DNA of 64,000 bases from Patescibacteria group bacterium. GTDB lineage: Bacteria > Patescibacteriota > Dojkabacteria > J137. The position numbers were made by a program, and so were the translations under genes. The DNA lies in NCBI GenBank assembly GCA_963169855.1, contig CAUJCN010000002.1, positions 645,608 through 709,607 on the forward strand. Reading direction: 5' to 3'. Shown in pieces: positions 1 to 10,743 of this stretch (position 1 is its first letter; every line of letters begins with the position of its first letter). The notes beneath the pieces were generated by a model that searched no databases, had not been told where the DNA came from, and saw nothing but the letters and a program-made list of their open reading frames with translations.

Positions 1-133
1 AGAAAATCAACACCTGGAAAATCTGGAGATGGAATCTTTGGAAAGATTGGTGGATTATTCAAAAATATTCTTCCTTAAAGTTCACACAGTCATTGTATAA
101 GTTATAGCAAACAGAGCAGCGAATCGTTAAGGT

Positions 134-463
134 TTAGAGCAGAGCTTCGTCGTAAAAATCCTCTTCGCGTTTTTCTCTCTCAGCTTCAAGAAAGTCTTTA
201 ATTATCTTTAATCTGCATTCTCTGTCGGTAACAGTTGGGGGGATTAGTTTATTTAGATGTACGAGTAATCGTGTAATTCGCAATTTGTCACTTCCAGTGA
301 ATCTTTCTGGTAGATTGAAGAAAGTAAGGGTGTTGTTGATTAGAGATAACGCCTCGTGAGTATTCATTTTTGTGGTCGTAATTCTTTTCGCAAAATCTAT
401 TCGCATGTAATAATAAAGTAGCGCCAATTCCCTTTTTTCTAAAATTTCTGAATTACTAAACAT
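134..463 (-). CDS. hypothetical protein, 109 aa, divergent from ftsZ
   Basis: ORF only; no recognisable motif. Confidence 0.3.
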   Translation of the reverse strand: MFSNSEILEKRELALLYYYMRIDFAKRITTTKMNTHEALSLINNTLTFFNLPERFTGSDKLRITRLLVHLNKLIPPTVTDRECRLKIIKDFLEAEREKREEDFYDEALL

Positions 464-671
464 AAATTTAATATTTTTTCGGAAAGAATCTTACTATGAA
501 TCAAGTTTTGTATCAATATTTTAATCAATGTTGGTTGAAGGCTAAAATTTATTCACAGGAAAGTCTAATAATGAACAATCTTGTTACCCAGCTAGAGCCT
601 TTTTAACTGAAATCTATTGCAATTTCCACTTTTCTCTTATAGACTATAGCTGTTAAATGTAAATTTTAATC

Positions 672-1802
672 TTGAATATTATGTTAGTAAAACCGCAGGC
701 ATCGTTAAATGCAAAGATAAAAGTAGTTGGAGTAGGTGGAGGAGGAAACAATGCTCTTAACACCATGATAACTGAGTACAATATCCCAGACGTTGAATTT
801 ATCGCGGTAAATACTGACGCACAAGCTTTGCAAAATTCCAAAGCTGATTTAAAACTTCGAATTGGTGAACAAATTACGAGAGGATTAGGCTCAGGAGGAA
901 ATCCAGTAATTGGAAGAAAAGCTGCAGAAGAAAGTGTAGATCAAATTCACGAGCACTTAGCTGGAGCAGACATGGTTTTCATTACTGCTGGAATGGGAGG
1001 GGGAACTGGAACAGGCGCTGCACCAATCGTTGCAGGAATTGCTAAGAACTTAGGAGCTTTAACTGTTGGAGTTGTAACAAAACCTTTCTTCTTCGAAATG
1101 AAGAAAAGAATGGATTCAGCTGTAAAGGGAATTGAAGAATTAAGAGACAAGGTAGATACACTTATCGTTGTTCCTAATCAAAGATTATTAGAAACTTTAG
1201 AAAAGAATGTAAGCTTCTACGAAGCAATGAAAAGTGCAGACGATGTCCTTGCTCAGGCTGTAAGAAGTATTGCAAACTTAATTACTCAAACAGGTTTAAT
1301 CAACGTAGACTTTGCCGATGTTAAGTCAGTCATGGCTGATGGAGGAAGTGCGTTGATGGGGATCGGAATTGCGTCAGGAGAGAACAGAGCTGCAGAGGCT
1401 GCAAAACATGCTATAGAAAGTCCACTTCTAGAAGTTTCAATTGATGGAGCAAAGGGGGTTCTTTTCAACGTGATTGGAGGAAAGGACATGGGAATGATGG
1501 AGATTTCTCAAGCTGCAGAAATTGTAAAAGAGAAAATTGCACCAGATGCTACATTCATTTTTGGAGCAAATATTGACCCTTCATACGAAGATAAAATCGA
1601 AGTTACTGTGTTAGCTACAGGATTCGATATTGACTACATTACTGGGGAATTCACAGCTCCTGGATTAACAAGATCAGTCGAAAATACATTAGATCCTTCG
1701 AAGGTTGGACTAGGATTGAGAAAAGAACCAGTTAAGACACAGTCATCTTCACAGGATGATGATGAAATCGAATCTATGCCAAGTTTCTTAAGAAGAAAAT
1801 AA
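672..1802 (+). CDS. ftsZ: cell division GTPase FtsZ
   Basis: Tubulin/FtsZ signature [13 protein letters not shown] and N-terminal GVGGGGNNA. Track start is TTG at 672; an in-frame ATG lies at 681. Confidence 0.95.
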   Translation: MNIMLVKPQASLNAKIKVVGVGGGGNNALNTMITEYNIPDVEFIAVNTDAQALQNSKADLKLRIGEQITRGLGSGGNPVIGRKAAEESVDQIHEHLAGADMVFITAGMGGGTGTGAAPIVAGIAKNLGALTVGVVTKPFFFEMKKRMDSAVKGIEELRDKVDTLIVVPNQRLLETLEKNVSFYEAMKSADDVLAQAVRSIANLITQTGLINVDFADVKSVMADGGSALMGIGIASGENRAAEAAKHAIESPLLEVSIDGAKGVLFNVIGGKDMGMMEISQAAEIVKEKIAPDATFIFGANIDPSYEDKIEVTVLATGFDIDYITGEFTAPGLTRSVENTLDPSKVGLGLRKEPVKTQSSSQDDDEIESMPSFLRRK

Positions 1803-1838
1803 GAAAGAAAGACTAAAAATTGAAAAGATGAAAGACGA

Positions 1839-1867
1839 AATCTCAGGTAAAACTGAGATTTTTTATT
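1839..1867 (+). terminator. rho-independent terminator after ftsZ
   Basis: Hairpin AATCTCAG-GTAAAA-CTGAGATT followed by TTTTTATT. Confidence 0.6.
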
Positions 1868-2032
1868 GCGTGTTTTGAATACGTTTGGGTAATTTAAAGA
1901 TAATGGCACACGCTGGAGATAAGTTACTAGTCAGCGTATTGTCAACAAGATTCCTGTGGGGGAACGAAGTACGCTTCTTACTTTTGGATCTTTTAACCTT
2001 TAACCTTTTATACTTTACAGCCGAAGGCTGGC

Positions 2033-2926
2033 TTATACTTCTCTTGCAATAGCAACGTATCTTTGAGAATTGTTTCCTGCAGGGTAGCAAGTGAATAGAG
2101 TAAGAGTTCTTTTTCCTTGAGTTCCTGTAATAATCGAAGTATCTGTAGGATTTACGATCTTACTTTTGAACATTTTATAGTTGAAAGTTTGTCCTTCTAT
2201 TTCTATTGAAATTGCATCTCCAACTTTTAGCTCAGGAAGAAAAGTGAAAGCTACGTAAGGATCAGTTCTCTGTGGATTGTAGAGTGGGGCTGCACTGTGT
2301 CCGTAAACTACCATGTTATTTTTTACATCAGAAATCGGAAGTCCAGTTCCCTGAAAGTGAGCTAACTGAGTCTGTAAAACTTGGTTGTAAACAGATTCAG
2401 TTGTACTTTCAACGTTCGATTGAACAGGTAATCGGTTAATTCCTAAAGAAGGAATAGAAATATAGAAAGTTCCATGGAAATTTCTACTGATGGTATCGTC
2501 TTGAAGAACGTGCTGATCAAGCGCATTCTGAATTAATTCAGAAAGTCCTGAAGGATTTGAAACAAATTCGGTGTTTACGATGTATGAATCAGCGACAGGA
2601 GTGATATTACCTTGGTTCAGGTAGCCATAATTAACTTCCACCATTTGCTTAATTTCTGGGAAAAACTGTTGATAAATGAAGTAAACTCCAGCAACAACTA
2701 GGATTCCTGGAACTAAAATTCCTGTTAGGGCAGATAATGATGTAAGCTCTTTGAGAGAATGGTATACAGATGTTAAAATACTACCTAAAGTTAACGAACT
2801 TTTTTTTGTAGTGCTTGGACTATTTGAATATAGCCTGTAGTTAATCTCGTCGAGAGCTGAGTAGCCGACAGAGGCCGTATTTTTTCGGTAGGTATACAAG
2901 TTCATAGTTAAAAGTGCTACTACCAT
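2033..2926 (-). CDS. sortase family transpeptidase
   Basis: N-terminal TM segment; C-terminal catalytic motif LTLFTCYPAG (sortase TLxTC) with conserved downstream R (RYVAIARE). Confidence 0.7.
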   Translation of the reverse strand: MVVALLTMNLYTYRKNTASVGYSALDEINYRLYSNSPSTTKKSSLTLGSILTSVYHSLKELTSLSALTGILVPGILVVAGVYFIYQQFFPEIKQMVEVNYGYLNQGNITPVADSYIVNTEFVSNPSGLSELIQNALDQHVLQDDTISRNFHGTFYISIPSLGINRLPVQSNVESTTESVYNQVLQTQLAHFQGTGLPISDVKNNMVVYGHSAAPLYNPQRTDPYVAFTFLPELKVGDAISIEIEGQTFNYKMFKSKIVNPTDTSIITGTQGKRTLTLFTCYPAGNNSQRYVAIAREV

Positions 2927-2947
2927 AATATTTGTTATTGCTAATAA

Positions 2948-4222
2948 ATGTCAATATCCTCAGAAGCTAAAGAGAAGGTAAAGTCATTACTGACATTGGG
3001 GAAAAAGCAGGGATACCTAACGTACGACGACATTCTAGATCAATTTAATGATATCGAAGATAATCTTCAATTATTGGATTACATAGTAACAACTCTACAA
3101 GAAGATGAAATTGAAATAATCGAACCTAACGAAGCCGACGAATTTGGAGGTTCAGCAGGAGGTTCAAAGATGACTTTTGAAGAGAAAATCAGAATCCTTA
3201 AGCAGATCAAGTCTCATGTTAGTACAGACCCAATTAGAGCTTATTTGCATGAAATTGGAAAGATCCCATTGTTGAGTGCAGAAGAAGAAGTGATTCTTGC
3301 AAAAAGAATGGAAGATTCAGATAAAGAATTGTGGGGTGTAATTAAGAAACTTGCAGATGAAGATGTAGATCCTGTTTACGAGAAAGCAGCGAAATTAATA
3401 AAAGCAAACAATTTTAAAAACTCAACAGTTGTAGCTGCTAAAAGAAGAATCGCAGAAAAAGACAGAAAATATCAGAATAAAGTAATATCAACAGGGCTGG
3501 AAGCTGAAACACTTCTAACAACCGCAAACTTAAGACTGGTTGTATCTATCGCTAAGAACTATCTAAAAAGAGGCCTAGACCTTCTAGATTTGATTCAGGA
3601 AGGAAACTTGGGTCTTATGAAAGCTGTTGATAAGTTTGAATACCGAAAAGGTTTCAAATTCTCTACATACGCAACTTGGTGGATTAGACAAGCTATTACT
3701 AGAGCTATTGCTGACCAGGCAAGAACAATCAGAGTTCCTGTTCACATGATTGAAACTATTAACAAGCTAAGTAAAGTTTCAGCTCAGTTAGCATCTAAGT
3801 TGGGTAGAAAGCCAACAACTCAAGAAATTGCTGAAGAAATGAAGCTTGGGGTTGATAAAGTTAATGAGATCATAAAAATTGCTCAGAAGCCACAATCGCT
3901 TGAGGCACCAATCAGTGACGACCCAGAAAGTAGTAGTTTAGCAGAAATTATCCCTGATGATTTCACAGCTTCCCCTCAAGAAATGTCTACTTGGTCATAT
4001 CTAAAGAAACAGATCAATGATATTCTTTCAACACTATCGGACAGAGAAAGAAAGGTTCTTGAATTACGGTTTGGGTTAAGGGATGGGGTAGCTAGAACCC
4101 TTGAAGAAGTTGGGCACGAATTCAACGTTACAAGAGAGAGAATTAGACAAATCGAGGCTAAAGCTTTAAGAAGAATGAAGAGTGATGAAATCGCTCAAGC
4201 TCTTAAAGACTACCTAAACTAA
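2948..4222 (+). CDS. rpoD: RNA polymerase sigma-70 factor RpoD
   Basis: Region 2 [41 protein letters not shown]; region 4 [12 protein letters not shown]...[16 protein letters not shown]. Confidence 0.95.
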   Translation: MSISSEAKEKVKSLLTLGKKQGYLTYDDILDQFNDIEDNLQLLDYIVTTLQEDEIEIIEPNEADEFGGSAGGSKMTFEEKIRILKQIKSHVSTDPIRAYLHEIGKIPLLSAEEEVILAKRMEDSDKELWGVIKKLADEDVDPVYEKAAKLIKANNFKNSTVVAAKRRIAEKDRKYQNKVISTGLEAETLLTTANLRLVVSIAKNYLKRGLDLLDLIQEGNLGLMKAVDKFEYRKGFKFSTYATWWIRQAITRAIADQARTIRVPVHMIETINKLSKVSAQLASKLGRKPTTQEIAEEMKLGVDKVNEIIKIAQKPQSLEAPISDDPESSSLAEIIPDDFTASPQEMSTWSYLKKQINDILSTLSDRERKVLELRFGLRDGVARTLEEVGHEFNVTRERIRQIEAKALRRMKSDEIAQALKDYLN

Positions 4223-4401
4223 AATCAGAAGAATAAAGCTAGAAGCTCGAAAACAGCTGCTAGCTTTAGAAATCCCTGCGTGTTTCTAACGAGGCATGCG
4301 GGGATTATTTCTTTTACCTTTGATTTTTCTGCTTTTCAATTTAAACTGTGTATTAGTTTATTTCTAACTTAGATCTTCGGATCTTCAAATATTTATAACT
4401 T

Positions 4402-5205
4402 ATGTCAAAGAAGAAAAGATTTATTCCTTGGATCGAACAATCAAAATTCGATTTGAAAGCAGCAAGGATTTCTATGGAAGCTGGCTATTATGAATGGGCT
4501 TGTTATCAATCAGTTCAGTCAGTTGAGAAAGCTCTAAAGGCAGTTGTTGTCCATGCTGGGTGGGTTCCGCCCAAGACACATAAGCTAGGGGTTTTGGTTA
4601 GCATGGCAAATAAAGCTAATCACTTATTCCAAGAGGTTAAATTCAACTTTAGAAAACTTGAATCCTATACATTTATTTCTAGATATCCATTCGTTTTCCC
4701 AAACAAAGGAGCCGAAGCGCCCCATACAATTTTGGAATATAGAGACGGGGAGACATGCATTGCTATTGCGGAAGAACTAATTTATAAAATAAACGAATTC
4801 ATCAATCAGAACAAAACTGATGGAGAGATTAATATAGATATGGAAAGATATTATTATTCAGAATCTGAGACTGATGCAAGAGTAGAGGAATCTGTTGGCA
4901 AAATCATCGCACAAAACGAAATCCAGGTATCTAAGATCATCTTGTTCGGAAGTTTTGCTAGAAATAGACAATCACCAAGAATGAGCACTATGGATCTTTT
5001 GATAATCGGTGAAACATCTATGAGCTTTATTGATCGAATGACATATATTCGAGAAATTACGAAAGGTGGAGAGCCAATTATCGAACCTATCGTTTACACC
5101 CAATCAGAATTTCAAAACATGCTCGAAGATGAGGGGGAAGGCTTCTTAGAATCAGCTATTAATGAAGGAAAAGTGGTCTGGGAGAAGAATCAGATCGTTA
5201 ATTAG
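4402..5205 (+). CDS. fused HEPN domain - minimal nucleotidyltransferase (MNT) protein
   Basis: N-terminal HEPN-like (EKALKAVVVHAGWVPPKTHKLGVL; ISRYPF). C-terminal Pol-beta-type NTase motif ILFGSFARN...MSTMDLLIIGE. Confidence 0.7.
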   Translation: MSKKKRFIPWIEQSKFDLKAARISMEAGYYEWACYQSVQSVEKALKAVVVHAGWVPPKTHKLGVLVSMANKANHLFQEVKFNFRKLESYTFISRYPFVFPNKGAEAPHTILEYRDGETCIAIAEELIYKINEFINQNKTDGEINIDMERYYYSESETDARVEESVGKIIAQNEIQVSKIILFGSFARNRQSPRMSTMDLLIIGETSMSFIDRMTYIREITKGGEPIIEPIVYTQSEFQNMLEDEGEGFLESAINEGKVVWEKNQIVN

Positions 5206-5235
5206 AATTATCAGAGTTCCCTTCTTCATCAGCAA

Positions 5236-5255
5236 ATCCCCACTTTCGTGGGGAT
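5236..5255 (+). terminator. hairpin ATCCCCA-CTTTCG-TGGGGAT followed by T-rich tract; probable terminator of 4402 gene
   Basis: Perfect 7-bp stem; T-rich (CAATATTCTTTTT) downstream. Confidence 0.45.
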
Positions 5256-5340
5256 CAATATTCTTTTTGGAGACACCAGCTTTCGTTGGATAAATATCTA
5301 TTAATTTCAAACTTTCATGAAATTGATAGTTAAAGCTAAA

Positions 5341-5360
5341 ATCCCGATTTACATCGGGAT
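5341..5360 (-). terminator. hairpin ATCCCGA-TTTACA-TCGGGAT; probable terminator of rny (minus strand)
   Basis: Perfect 7-bp stem; T-rich on minus strand after stem (TTTAGCTTT); convergent intergenic region. Confidence 0.45.
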
Positions 5361-5414
5361 AAAAGGATTCTGAACTTTTAGCAGCGATTTGCCTGCTAGA
5401 AATAAGAATCCCAG

Positions 5415-6947
5415 TTACTTAGCTTCTTGGACTTCTCTTGTTTCCCTAATGCAGGTAACCTTAATTACTCCTGGATAATTCTGAGTAGCCTCGATTTCCT
5501 TTGCAATATTGAATGCCATTACTTTAGTATCTTCATCATTAGCTTCATGAGGATTAACAATAACTCTGATTTCTCTTCCTGCGTAGATAGCAAATGATTC
5601 CTTAACACCTTTTTGCTTGTTAGCAATATCTTCTAATGCTCTAATTCTCTTTACGTAGTCTTCGTAGTTTTCAACTCTAGCTCCAGGTCTAGCTCCAGAG
5701 ATAGCATCTGCGATTCTAACGATTTCAGCTTCTACACACTTAGCATCGATATCATAGTGGTGAGCCTCGATAGCGTTAATCAAGCTGTCATTCTTGTAGT
5801 ATTTTCTAGCCAACTCAGCAGAAATGTGGTGATGTTGTTTTCCTTCTTCAGGAGCAACTTTTCCAATGTCGTGTAGTAAACAAGCAAGTTTAGCTGTTCT
5901 AATGTCAGCTCTAAGTTCCTTTGCTAATACTTCAGCGATCTTAACCATCTCCAAAGTGTGTTTTACTAAGTTCTGTCCGTAGCTGAATCTGTACTTAAAT
6001 CGACCTAAAAGCATGATAATTTCATTCGGAAGATCGTTGAAGCCAGTTTCATAAGCCATGTCTTCTCCAGTCTTTTTAATAACCTTTAGAAGATCTTTCT
6101 TTACTTTATCAACTGTTTCTTCGATAGATCCTGGGTGAACTCTTCCGTCAGAAAGTAATTTGTTTAGCGTTAAAGCTGCAACTTCTCTTCTGATAGGGTC
6201 AAAACAAGAGATTGTAACTTGATTTGGTGTCTCGTCAACAATTAAATCAACTCCTGTAAGTTTTTCGAAAGTTCGGATATTTCTTCCTTGTTTACCGATG
6301 ATTTTGCTTTTTAAAGTCTCATCATCAATTGTAATAGTAGTGGTAGTAGTTTCTGCTACATAGTCTGTAGCTGCAGAAGACATTGCTTCAACCAATAGGT
6401 CTTTTGCTTTATCATCAGCCTTTTGGGATACCTGTAGCTCAGATTCTCTGATCTTCTTTGCCATCCAGTCACTAAGCTCAATCTCAATTTCAGATTTTAG
6501 TTTAGTTTCTGCTTCTTCTCGAGTCATTTTTGAAACAGATTCTATTTCTTTCAATAGATCATCTCTCTTAGAATCGATATCTTGTTTAGCAGCAAGTAAT
6601 TCTCCTTCTTTCTTATCAAGCTGATTTAGTCTTGTTTCAATTGAAGTAGTTCGTTCGATCAGATTCTTTTCTCTGTCGTTCAGCAGTTTTTCTTGCTGTT
6701 GTAAGTGCTGTCTTGTTGAGCTAAGCGAAGCCTGTGCTTTTGATTCAATCTCTAAAGCTTTCTTTTCAGCTTCGATGATTTTTTCTGAGGCAATTCGGCT
6801 AGCTTTCTCGATAGCTTCTTGTTCTGACATTTGAGGTACAACAACACTCTGTGCAACAGGTGCGTTGTTCTTTTTTCTCATCTGAGAGTAGAGCATGAAG
6901 CCTAAGATAGCGATGATTACAAGTGCAAGAAGAATTAAAATTTCCAT
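5415..6947 (-). CDS. rny: ribonuclease Y
   Basis: N-terminal TM helix, long coiled-coil, KH domain (IGKQGRNIRTFEKLTGVDLIVDETP), HD domain (LLHDIGK, HHISAELA). Confidence 0.9.
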   Translation of the reverse strand: MEILILLALVIIAILGFMLYSQMRKKNNAPVAQSVVVPQMSEQEAIEKASRIASEKIIEAEKKALEIESKAQASLSSTRQHLQQQEKLLNDREKNLIERTTSIETRLNQLDKKEGELLAAKQDIDSKRDDLLKEIESVSKMTREEAETKLKSEIEIELSDWMAKKIRESELQVSQKADDKAKDLLVEAMSSAATDYVAETTTTTITIDDETLKSKIIGKQGRNIRTFEKLTGVDLIVDETPNQVTISCFDPIRREVAALTLNKLLSDGRVHPGSIEETVDKVKKDLLKVIKKTGEDMAYETGFNDLPNEIIMLLGRFKYRFSYGQNLVKHTLEMVKIAEVLAKELRADIRTAKLACLLHDIGKVAPEEGKQHHHISAELARKYYKNDSLINAIEAHHYDIDAKCVEAEIVRIADAISGARPGARVENYEDYVKRIRALEDIANKQKGVKESFAIYAGREIRVIVNPHEANDEDTKVMAFNIAKEIEATQNYPGVIKVTCIRETREVQEAK

Positions 6948-7126
6948 AAAACACCTAATAATAAGTATGTTTATGAAAATCCGTCAAAAAGTGGATCCGA
7001 GTGTATGGATCTTAAACACCAGTGCTAGGCGCTTTTTTATTATCTGTTAATAAATTTTCAAATATAAATCTATTATTAGTCACTTAATTGGTTCAGATTT
7101 TCATTAATAATTGGATTATATCACAA

Positions 7127-8371
7127 TTAGGAGAGCTTGAAGATTCGAATTAGGATGTCAAAAATATTAGAATCCTTCTTCTTTTTGGCCTTTAGACCGG
7201 GGTAATCATCATCGTTAGTTTTCTTCAAAGATTCACTTCCTGGGTACTGTCCTGGTTTTACAATTCCTCGCCTTTCTAATTCGAGTAGCATTTCGCCAAT
7301 TTTCTTATTTTTGAAGTCGATTACTCTTTGCATCGTTCCAGTCATTGTTTCAAGATCTTTGATCTTTCCTCTCAACCCCAAAAGTTCAGATTCAGCTTTT
7401 GTTGCCTTCTCGTTAGCTTCTTTGAAGCCTTTGGCATCTGAAACTAGTCCCTTGAAATCATCACTTTCGATCAACTTGTTAGTCAATTCATCCGGCGAAA
7501 CTCCCATGTTTAAATAGTAAGTTAGGGTAGCCTGAGAGATTTCTTTTCCGATCAATTTTGAATAAGTTTCTTTGATCATTTTTTCTCTTTCTTGTCTGTC
7601 CATCAGTAGAGGGGCTGATTTTCCCGCTGCTGGTCCGGAAGGATTCTTTGGAAAATTTGGTCTAGGAAATGACGAAGGCATTACCGGCTGCTTGGGAGTA
7701 GGAGCTCCTGAATCACCGAACATGTCGTCGAAATCGTCGTCAAGTAAATCGTCTAGATCATCCATCTCATCTATTGGGGCAGGTTTCTTCTTAGTGTTCT
7801 TCCCAATTTCCGGATTGGCCTTGATGAAATCGTTTAAACATTCAGCAAGTGCTTTTGCTAATTCGTCTAATTTTGCTTCATCCCTTAAAATCTTTTGATC
7901 CTCTGGATTATCAATGTACAAAAGCTCTAGCGCAGCTGCGATAGGGTGTGTTTGGTTCAAAATTAAAAGGCTTCCAATTTCATGATCGTGTTCGCTCTTG
8001 GCACCCTGCTTCTCGTAACCTGTCTTTTTCGACAGATTTTCCATCAAATACTCAGCTAGTTTTTGAGAGTTGTTATCGTCTGCAGCACTTCCGCTGTACC
8101 AGAATTCAAAACCTCTTTTTCCACCATCGTTGATGTGGATTTCAACAAATAGATCTCCTTTCTCTTCTGAGTAGCCTTGCGAATTGATCCAGTTTATTCG
8201 CTGCATTAAAGGTAGATCTAGAGGAACAGCTTTGTAGTCAACTCCTAAAGTATCAAGGTGAGGAAGAAGTTTTTTTAGAATACTTCTGGTAAGTTCTGCT
8301 TCTTTTAAATTTTCTACTACCACACCTGGACTCTCAGTAGTGTGAGCAGCTGAAACTAATAATCGTGGCAT
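7127..8371 (-). CDS. N-acetylmuramoyl-L-alanine amidase-like (Amidase_3) with disordered/coiled-coil C-terminus
   Basis: PRLLVSAAHT..., DLFVEIHINDG, SLLILNQTHPIAAALELLYIDNPED resemble Amidase_3 catalytic region. C-terminal half is low-complexity, acidic and P-rich. Confidence 0.55.
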   Translation of the reverse strand: MPRLLVSAAHTTESPGVVVENLKEAELTRSILKKLLPHLDTLGVDYKAVPLDLPLMQRINWINSQGYSEEKGDLFVEIHINDGGKRGFEFWYSGSAADDNNSQKLAEYLMENLSKKTGYEKQGAKSEHDHEIGSLLILNQTHPIAAALELLYIDNPEDQKILRDEAKLDELAKALAECLNDFIKANPEIGKNTKKKPAPIDEMDDLDDLLDDDFDDMFGDSGAPTPKQPVMPSSFPRPNFPKNPSGPAAGKSAPLLMDRQEREKMIKETYSKLIGKEISQATLTYYLNMGVSPDELTNKLIESDDFKGLVSDAKGFKEANEKATKAESELLGLRGKIKDLETMTGTMQRVIDFKNKKIGEMLLELERRGIVKPGQYPGSESLKKTNDDDYPGLKAKKKKDSNIFDILIRIFKLS

Positions 8372-8373
8372 GT

Positions 8374-9222
8374 TTAATCTATTAATGTGAGGATTTTATC
8401 TAGTTCCGTATCGTTTGTAAATGGAATAACGATCTTTCCTCCTTTTTGTGACCTGGACAGTGTCACCTTTTCTCCAAATTTCTGCCTTAAAGAGAACTCT
8501 ATGTTTGATGTCTTCTCGTCAATGATTCGCATGCTTTTTTTCTTTGGCATCTTTGAGCCTTTGTTCAGTCTTCGGACAAGTTCCTCTACGGCTCTAACTG
8601 AAAGGTGATCTCTCATAATAATCTTGTATGCTGCGATCATCATGTCATTATTTTTCAATCCAAGGAGACCTCTTGCATGACCTTCGGTAATTTTTTCATC
8701 CAAAAGTGCTTTTTTAAGTTCGTCTGGAAGAGTGAGTAATCTGATTTTGTTGGCAATTGCAGGTCGACTCAATCCAATTCTTTTTGAGATATCTTCATGA
8801 GACATATCAAAAGCGCTGATTAGCTGTTCAAATGCTAAGGCTTCCTCAATGGGATTTAAATCTTTTCGTTGAACGTTTTCGATCACAGCTAGTTCGAGCA
8901 TTTCTTGAGGAGTGGACTCCTTAACTACGACTGGAACTGTTTCCATTCCAGCTAATTTAGATGATCTCCATCTTCTTTCCCCGGCTATGAGTTCGTAAGT
9001 ATCTCCTTTTCGTGTTACCAATAGAGGTTCGATAACTCCGTGTTGCCTTATCGAATCTGCCATTTCCACAAGTGTGTCTGGGTTAATCTCTGCTCTTGGC
9101 TGATAAGGATTAGGTACAATAAGGTCGATAGGAAGGTTTGGGATATATCCCTGTGTTAAATCGGGCAACGTATTTTTGCTTATTAATGCTGAGAGTCCTT
9201 TTCCTAGTCCAGATTGTTTCAT
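8374..9222 (-). CDS. parB: chromosome partitioning protein ParB/Spo0J
   Basis: ParB box GVIEPLLVTRKGDTYELIAGERRWRSSKLAG; HTH region SHEDISKRIGLSRPAIAN. Confidence 0.9.
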   Translation of the reverse strand: MKQSGLGKGLSALISKNTLPDLTQGYIPNLPIDLIVPNPYQPRAEINPDTLVEMADSIRQHGVIEPLLVTRKGDTYELIAGERRWRSSKLAGMETVPVVVKESTPQEMLELAVIENVQRKDLNPIEEALAFEQLISAFDMSHEDISKRIGLSRPAIANKIRLLTLPDELKKALLDEKITEGHARGLLGLKNNDMMIAAYKIIMRDHLSVRAVEELVRRLNKGSKMPKKKSMRIIDEKTSNIEFSLRQKFGEKVTLSRSQKGGKIVIPFTNDTELDKILTLID

Positions 9223-9268
9223 TAATTATTAGTGATCTACTAATTTATATAGTATAGGTAAAATGTTT

Positions 9269-10060
9269 TCAAGGCTTTCTGCCTATATTAGGTCTTACTA
9301 AGGTATATTTGTTAATTATTTCGTCTACAAGATTTTCGTAAGCAAGTGCTCCAGGGGAGAATGGAGAATATTCCATAATTGTTAGTCCGTGAGAAGGAGC
9401 TTCTGATAATTTTATGCTTCTTGGGACTATTGTTTTAAAGACTTTATCGCCAAAAAACTCCTTGATCTCCGCTGTGACATCCTTGCTTAGGTTTGTCCTT
9501 GTGTCGTACATGGTCAATATGACCCCGCCTATATCTAAGCTCTGATTAAGCGAGCCCTTTATTAATTTGACTGTATTGAGAAGTTGCCCTAAGCCTTCGA
9601 GTGCAAAGTACTCGGACTGGACAGGTATTAAAACATTGCCTGCTGCAACCAAGCTATTGATTGTTAAAAGTCCTAAAGATGGAGGAGAGTCTATTAAAAT
9701 AAAATCGTATTTATCACTGATCTTTGAAAGGTGTTTTTTTAGAATACTTTCCCTAGAAAGAGCACTTACAAGTTCAATTTCTGCTCCAGCAAGTTCTATT
9801 GTGGAAGGCAAAATATCTAAGTTTGGAATTCTGGTTGGTTTTACAACTTCTTCGACTTCAGCATCTCCAAGCAACATTTCGTAAACTGTTCGAAATTCTT
9901 TGTATTCATTTTTTATTCCTAATCCAGAAGTTAGATTAGATTGAGGATCAAGATCTACAACTAGAACCTTCTTATCGTTCTTAGCTAAATAAGCTCCAAT
10001 ATTGATTACAGTTGTAGTTTTACCAACGCCTCCTTTTTGGTTTGTTACTGAAAATATCAT
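9269..10060 (-). CDS. parA: ParA/Soj partition ATPase
   Basis: Deviant Walker A KGGVGKTTT; overall ParA/MinD family. Confidence 0.9.
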   Translation of the reverse strand: MIFSVTNQKGGVGKTTTVINIGAYLAKNDKKVLVVDLDPQSNLTSGLGIKNEYKEFRTVYEMLLGDAEVEEVVKPTRIPNLDILPSTIELAGAEIELVSALSRESILKKHLSKISDKYDFILIDSPPSLGLLTINSLVAAGNVLIPVQSEYFALEGLGQLLNTVKLIKGSLNQSLDIGGVILTMYDTRTNLSKDVTAEIKEFFGDKVFKTIVPRSIKLSEAPSHGLTIMEYSPFSPGALAYENLVDEIINKYTLVRPNIGRKP

Positions 10061-10743
10061 TCTTCTGTCTCTTCGTTAGGTATAGTAGAGTATGTTCCTG
10101 CAGAAATTACAGTGAATTTGTTGATTGGCCAGTATCTTAGAATTACTTTTCCTTTGAACCATGATCTGTCTACGAATCCAATGTCTGCGTATCTTGAATC
10201 GTGACTATTATTTCGATTATCGCCCATTACAAAGTATCTTCCAGTAGGAACTGTTTTTGGTTCGTCGTTTTCCTTAATAAAACTTCCAGCTCTAGTGAAA
10301 GTTGCTGGTGGCAGGTAATCTTCGACAAGTTTTTCACCGTTAATATAAACATACCCATCTTTAAGTTGGACTGTGTCTCCTTCAACTGCAATAATTCTTT
10401 TTAAGAAATCGTTATAGCCAGGTTTCTGGAAAACAACTACATCGCCTCGACCATAATCGAGTCCTAATGATTTTCCAAACGGAGTTGGGCCAAGCCATTC
10501 ACTGAGTTTATTTGTTAGAATAATTTCCCCGCTATAGAAATTTGGTTCCATTGACTGTCCATCTATCTGATTTGGAGTAGCTACGAATAAGTAGATAACT
10601 ACGCAAATTGATAAAGAAATTATCAATGTTTGAAGGGCATCCAAAATAGCATAGGGTATTCTTACCCCAAAAACTTTTTTATTCTCAGGTCTTTTTACCT
10701 CAGGCGATAGCTCTAATTGTTTATCTGTTGTGTTTTCTTGCAT
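10057..10743 (-). CDS. lepB: signal peptidase I
   Basis: S26 signature GDNRNNSHDSRY; catalytic Ser region GQSMEPNF; N-terminal TM. Confidence 0.9.
   Translation of the reverse strand: MQENTTDKQLELSPEVKRPENKKVFGVRIPYAILDALQTLIISLSICVVIYLFVATPNQIDGQSMEPNFYSGEIILTNKLSEWLGPTPFGKSLGLDYGRGDVVVFQKPGYNDFLKRIIAVEGDTVQLKDGYVYINGEKLVEDYLPPATFTRAGSFIKENDEPKTVPTGRYFVMGDNRNNSHDSRYADIGFVDRSWFKGKVILRYWPINKFTVISAGTYSTIPNEETEE

Noticed and set aside
1868-2032. Possible small RNA (SRP RNA or other) in the 165-nt gap between the ftsZ terminator and the sortase gene
   Set aside because: No conserved SRP or RNase P motifs are recognisable by eye; only a short AACCTTT direct repeat. Left uncalled.
7311-8133. Plus-strand ORFs 7311-7517, 7572-7898 and 7948-8133
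   Set aside because: Antisense to the Amidase_3-like gene; Ser-rich low-complexity translations; no start context.
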